Positions 60,201-64,000 of a stretch of DNA of 64,000 nucleotides are shown here, in pieces. The translations under genes and the position numbers were made by a program. Source of the stretch: Fimbriosthenelais zetlandica (Eukaryota). Numbering within the stretch: position 1 is the stretch's first letter; each line of letters opens with the position of its first letter. The notes below the pieces were generated by a model, which saw only the letters and a program-made list of their open reading frames with translations, ran no database searches and had not been told where the DNA came from. Location of the stretch: positions 56,234,001 to 56,298,000 of the forward strand of contig OZ365109.1 of NCBI GenBank assembly GCA_977030845.1. Reading direction: 5' to 3'.

Positions 60201-63200
60201 TTCCAACCTATATACAGGTTTTTGGTGATGGACCATAGCACTTCCCAAAATACGCAGTAATTTGGAGCATAGCGATAGAACCCAAATGAGAGAGTTCTAA
60301 TGGTTGGGTGTAGCAGGGGCAGACACACACCCAACACACACACTCATATTCTATGCTCCAGCACCAGCCGCCCATTAATAGTTCAGGACCTTTTATGCTG
60401 GTAATGTACTTGCCAGGCCCTGATTTGTGCCTAAAACTGGCTGAGAGAGTGGCGGAAATGGTGGACCTGTGGCATCTTGGGAGGAGAGTGGGAGAAGGAG
60501 GAGGATGGGAGAAAAGGAGATGCTCACGACCACTCCATGTCAGGGAGCTACTCTTGTTGGAGAGGGTGGTCTAAGGAGGAGGAGAGAGTGTCTTTTTCTT
60601 CCACCTTTTACCTTGATTTTATCCCAAAATACTTTCTTCACATTGGATCTATTTAAATTGCCATATCGTCGGCAAATTTTGCATTTTACCAAGAAAACTA
60701 ATGTGCATGCCATGAAATGGAATGGGGGGTTAAATCTCTATCTTTTACCTCTCTCACCCTATCGTCTCTCTCCTCTCACTCGATCACTCCCCTCTTTCCC
60801 GTTCCCTCTAAATAACTCCCATTCTAGTTCATATCAATCTTGGCTCCTTTTGAAGTCTTCCACTGCACTTTTTATTCTGAATTTGGAAGTGTTTGTTTTA
60901 ACGGTAATGGCATTGCATTGAGTGAAATGGGAAGAGGGGACAACAAAAAGAAGAACTTCTGAATTTGGCTCGGTCCATTAGCAAAATGCCGAGCGAGTTC
61001 TCCTCAGAAAGTTTACTGAAGAATACCATCAATATCCATTATGTGACTTGGAATATTTGACAGCAAATCAATTTTTTTAATACGAAACCCAAGTTAAAAA
61101 TGTAAAGACTATGAATAGATCCATTCCCTGAATTTAAATTGTCGAAATGAACAAATTAATGTCTCTATAAAGATATCTCAAGGTATCAAAATTGGTGATT
61201 TTCCCTTTAGTGAATTACATGTACATGTACACTCATTTTCTGTTATTACATATTATATATACTGTATTTCTTATTCGGAATTACTGAATTTGGGAAAAGG
61301 AACTTTTATTTTAGATTTGTAAATTGGTATTTGTTAAGAAATATCTGAGTATTTCATCGGGTATACGGATATTATTTGAATAGAGCACACGCCAAGTGGA
61401 AAATGCATGGGTGGCCAAAATGGTGGGTCAAAAGACAAAAGTCCCTCATTGTAAGTCAGTTTTTTCAGTTTATCCCCTGGATTTTCTTCTGGATTGAAGA
61501 CAAGTAGGCATGATGGAGTGGGGGATAGTGCATGTGGATAGCATGCTTTATGATTGAGTCCCACCCCCATCCATCCATACTACATGAATGGGTTGGTGGG
61601 ATCATGGGCACTTCACACTCCTGTACCTCTGGGGCAGCCTCGGTAAGCCTCGGAGAACCCCCGAGGTGAAATTGGTATTGTCATGTGTTGTGGTAAACTG
61701 TTTTACCATGTTCCCACTGTGCCGGGCCACTCCCCACAGGCTTGAGAAGTGATCAAGTTACCAAATCCACGGCCAGGCCCGAGACAAGAGGCGAAGCCTT
61801 GCCACACACACACCTAAACAGTTGTGTGTTCTTCCTAACTTCTTCACCCCACGTGTTTATACTTGAGTCAATACACTGAACTCCCAGAGACGGACCGCTG
61901 GTATACTGGGGGAGGCTTCAGTGGGGTTATAATGAAGAAAAGAGGAGAGAAATGGGAGAAAAATTGCCACTGTATAAGGGTCCAATACATGAGGGGCCAG
62001 AAGCAATCTGTCAACTGAGTTATAAGCCTTGGGTGGCCATATGTATGTAGTGTGGTATTGATTTGACAGGAGCTGTCATACACTGCCCTCTCTGTAGCCC
62101 AATGATAGGGCACAAAATCAATGCCTTTTAATCCCACCAACAGATCCCGCTTAGATCCGTTATATTATGAAGGCGAGCTGGTGAAGGGAGCGGGCTTTTA
62201 AGCAATGCCATTATGAAACATTGATCAATGTAGGTCCTCCATAATATGCCTGCGGAGAGGGATGAGTGGGAGGTGAGGAACAGAGAGAAGGGTATAGAAA
62301 GAGAGGTATACAGAGAGAAGGTGGGGGGGGGGGGAGGGAGATGAGAGGGAGAAACAGAGGGCAAAGGGGGCAGAGGATGGACAGCGATGAGGGGAAAATT
62401 TAAGGGCGAAATAGAGGGACAGGCTGCGGGAGGGACACAGAAAGTGGGAGAGCAGAAAAGGGAGACGGGGAGACAGTGAGAGGGAGGGAAGAGAGAAGGG
62501 AGAGAAAGAGAGAGAGAGAGAAGGGGAGAGCTTAATTACTGGGAACCATTAGTGCTTGTGTGGGTACATGTATTTCCTCACACAAGAAGAGTGAGTGGGG
62601 GCAATGTCAGGCGGTGATATGAATCTAATGGCATTGAATACCATTAGAAGTTTTCCCTGTGAGTTTGCATAACTAAATGGACGCAAAGCATTCACATATC
62701 ACTGCCTATTACGCATTAGATAGTAGAAAAATATGATTAAAATCCTAAGATGATTTTGGTTAAATGTGAACCAATTGCATCTTACATGAATTGATCTGGT
62801 TTAATAATGGAAAAGTATGGAATTACGAGAAAGTGTTCTGTATTTATTGAAATGGTTATGTATTTCCATTTATCAATGTGAATTGATAGGGAGTTCCTTA
62901 CATTTACTATCTATGAAAATGAATAGGTTTCATCAATGGGAGAAACATGGTATTTAGCAGCTGGCCGTGGTATGGCTTGGAGTCAGTGAACAGTGAATTC
63001 CTATAGTATCGTGTCCAAGACCAACATCAAGATGTATTTGCGGTATGACATATATTTCCTGGTTCATTTAGGTGCGCCATTTAGTTATAACAGCCAAGTC
63101 TGACTATGAAAATATTAACTTGTCTGAGAATATTAATCAATGTATTTTATAGGGGGGAATACTAAGGGATTCTTTTATAATGGCATTCATAAAATACAAA

Positions 63201-64000
63201 TGTAAGAAATGAGTGAATGATGATGTAGCCTAATGGTTATAAATGACCAGGACATTGCATTGAGCCATTATTGTGGACATAAACTGTCCACCAGGATGGA
63301 CACCTCTATCAACATGTACAGTAACTGAGGACACTGACTAATGGACTTTTCCCACCAGTTCTGACAGTTTGGCATGAGTCACTGAACCAACATTTTGAGA
63401 TGGAACCCTACCGAAATTAGCTCAAATATCAATGTAATTTCAATAAATTGTCCTGAAATCTCCACTAAAACAATAGTAAATCAAAGCTTACGGTCATAAA
63501 TTGTACTGACACTTGCATTAAATAAAATAAAAAGTAATCTGGGGACCGTTTCATAAAAATAGCAACAGGACAAAAGGCCCGTTGAATGGGAATATATCAA
63601 CGTTTTTTAATGAAATGTCCCCCGAATGATATAGCCTTGGAAATACCCTTCTCAGCCCAACCTTGAAAATGAAGACCAGAGGGGGGAATCAGTTGGGGTG
63701 AGGATATCTGATGAATATAGGAAACATCCCCGCCCCTTATTTCCATAGGTAAACAGGAGGAGTGTGATAGAGGGCTAACTACGTGCAGATTCCTAATGCA
63801 ACAATAACACACATGGAACCACTACACGACGATAAGTGATAAGACGTCCAGAACACACCCACCAGCATTTGGAAACAGGCAGGGCAAAGGAGATTGCTAT
63901 TACAGGCAACACACGATCTGAAATAGATCAGAGAATCTTCCTTTTTTCTCCATGCTTGTTGAAATCTTCCAACATTTTGCTTTCCAGTTAGCTGGCCATT

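Noticed and set aside
63540-63623. Tiny MITE with GGGGAC..TTTCAT..AAAA inverted ends
   Set aside because: The inverted repeat is imperfect with indels and there is no clear TSD.

Overview
This is AT-rich, intron-scale animal genomic DNA. The GA/TC tracts, abundant TAGGCCTA/TACATGTA octamers and repeat types suggest an invertebrate deuterostome such as an echinoderm (inference). It has no intact long ORF, no CRISPR array and no prokaryotic features. One coding exon is well supported: a 106-bp minus-strand exon (9100-9205) encoding the start of a discoidin (F5/8 type C) domain, most similar to discoidin domain receptor (DDR). An intact tRNA-Thr(UGU) gene lies at 33168-33240 (-). The main accessory structure is a ~2.2-kb element present twice in inverted orientation (4424-6615 and 19958-22174, about 96-98% identical by eye), bracketing the DDR exon. 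It has Helentron/HINE-type termini and carries three class-II (Leu/Ser) tRNA-derived cassettes. Comparing the two copies shows a TA to TA-GGCC-TA change, which suggests the over-represented palindromic octamers may be transposon excision footprints. The rest is MITEs, a 21-bp minisatellite family, heavily decayed LINE fragments and purine/pyrimidine tracts. All alignments and translations were done by hand and no database searches were run.
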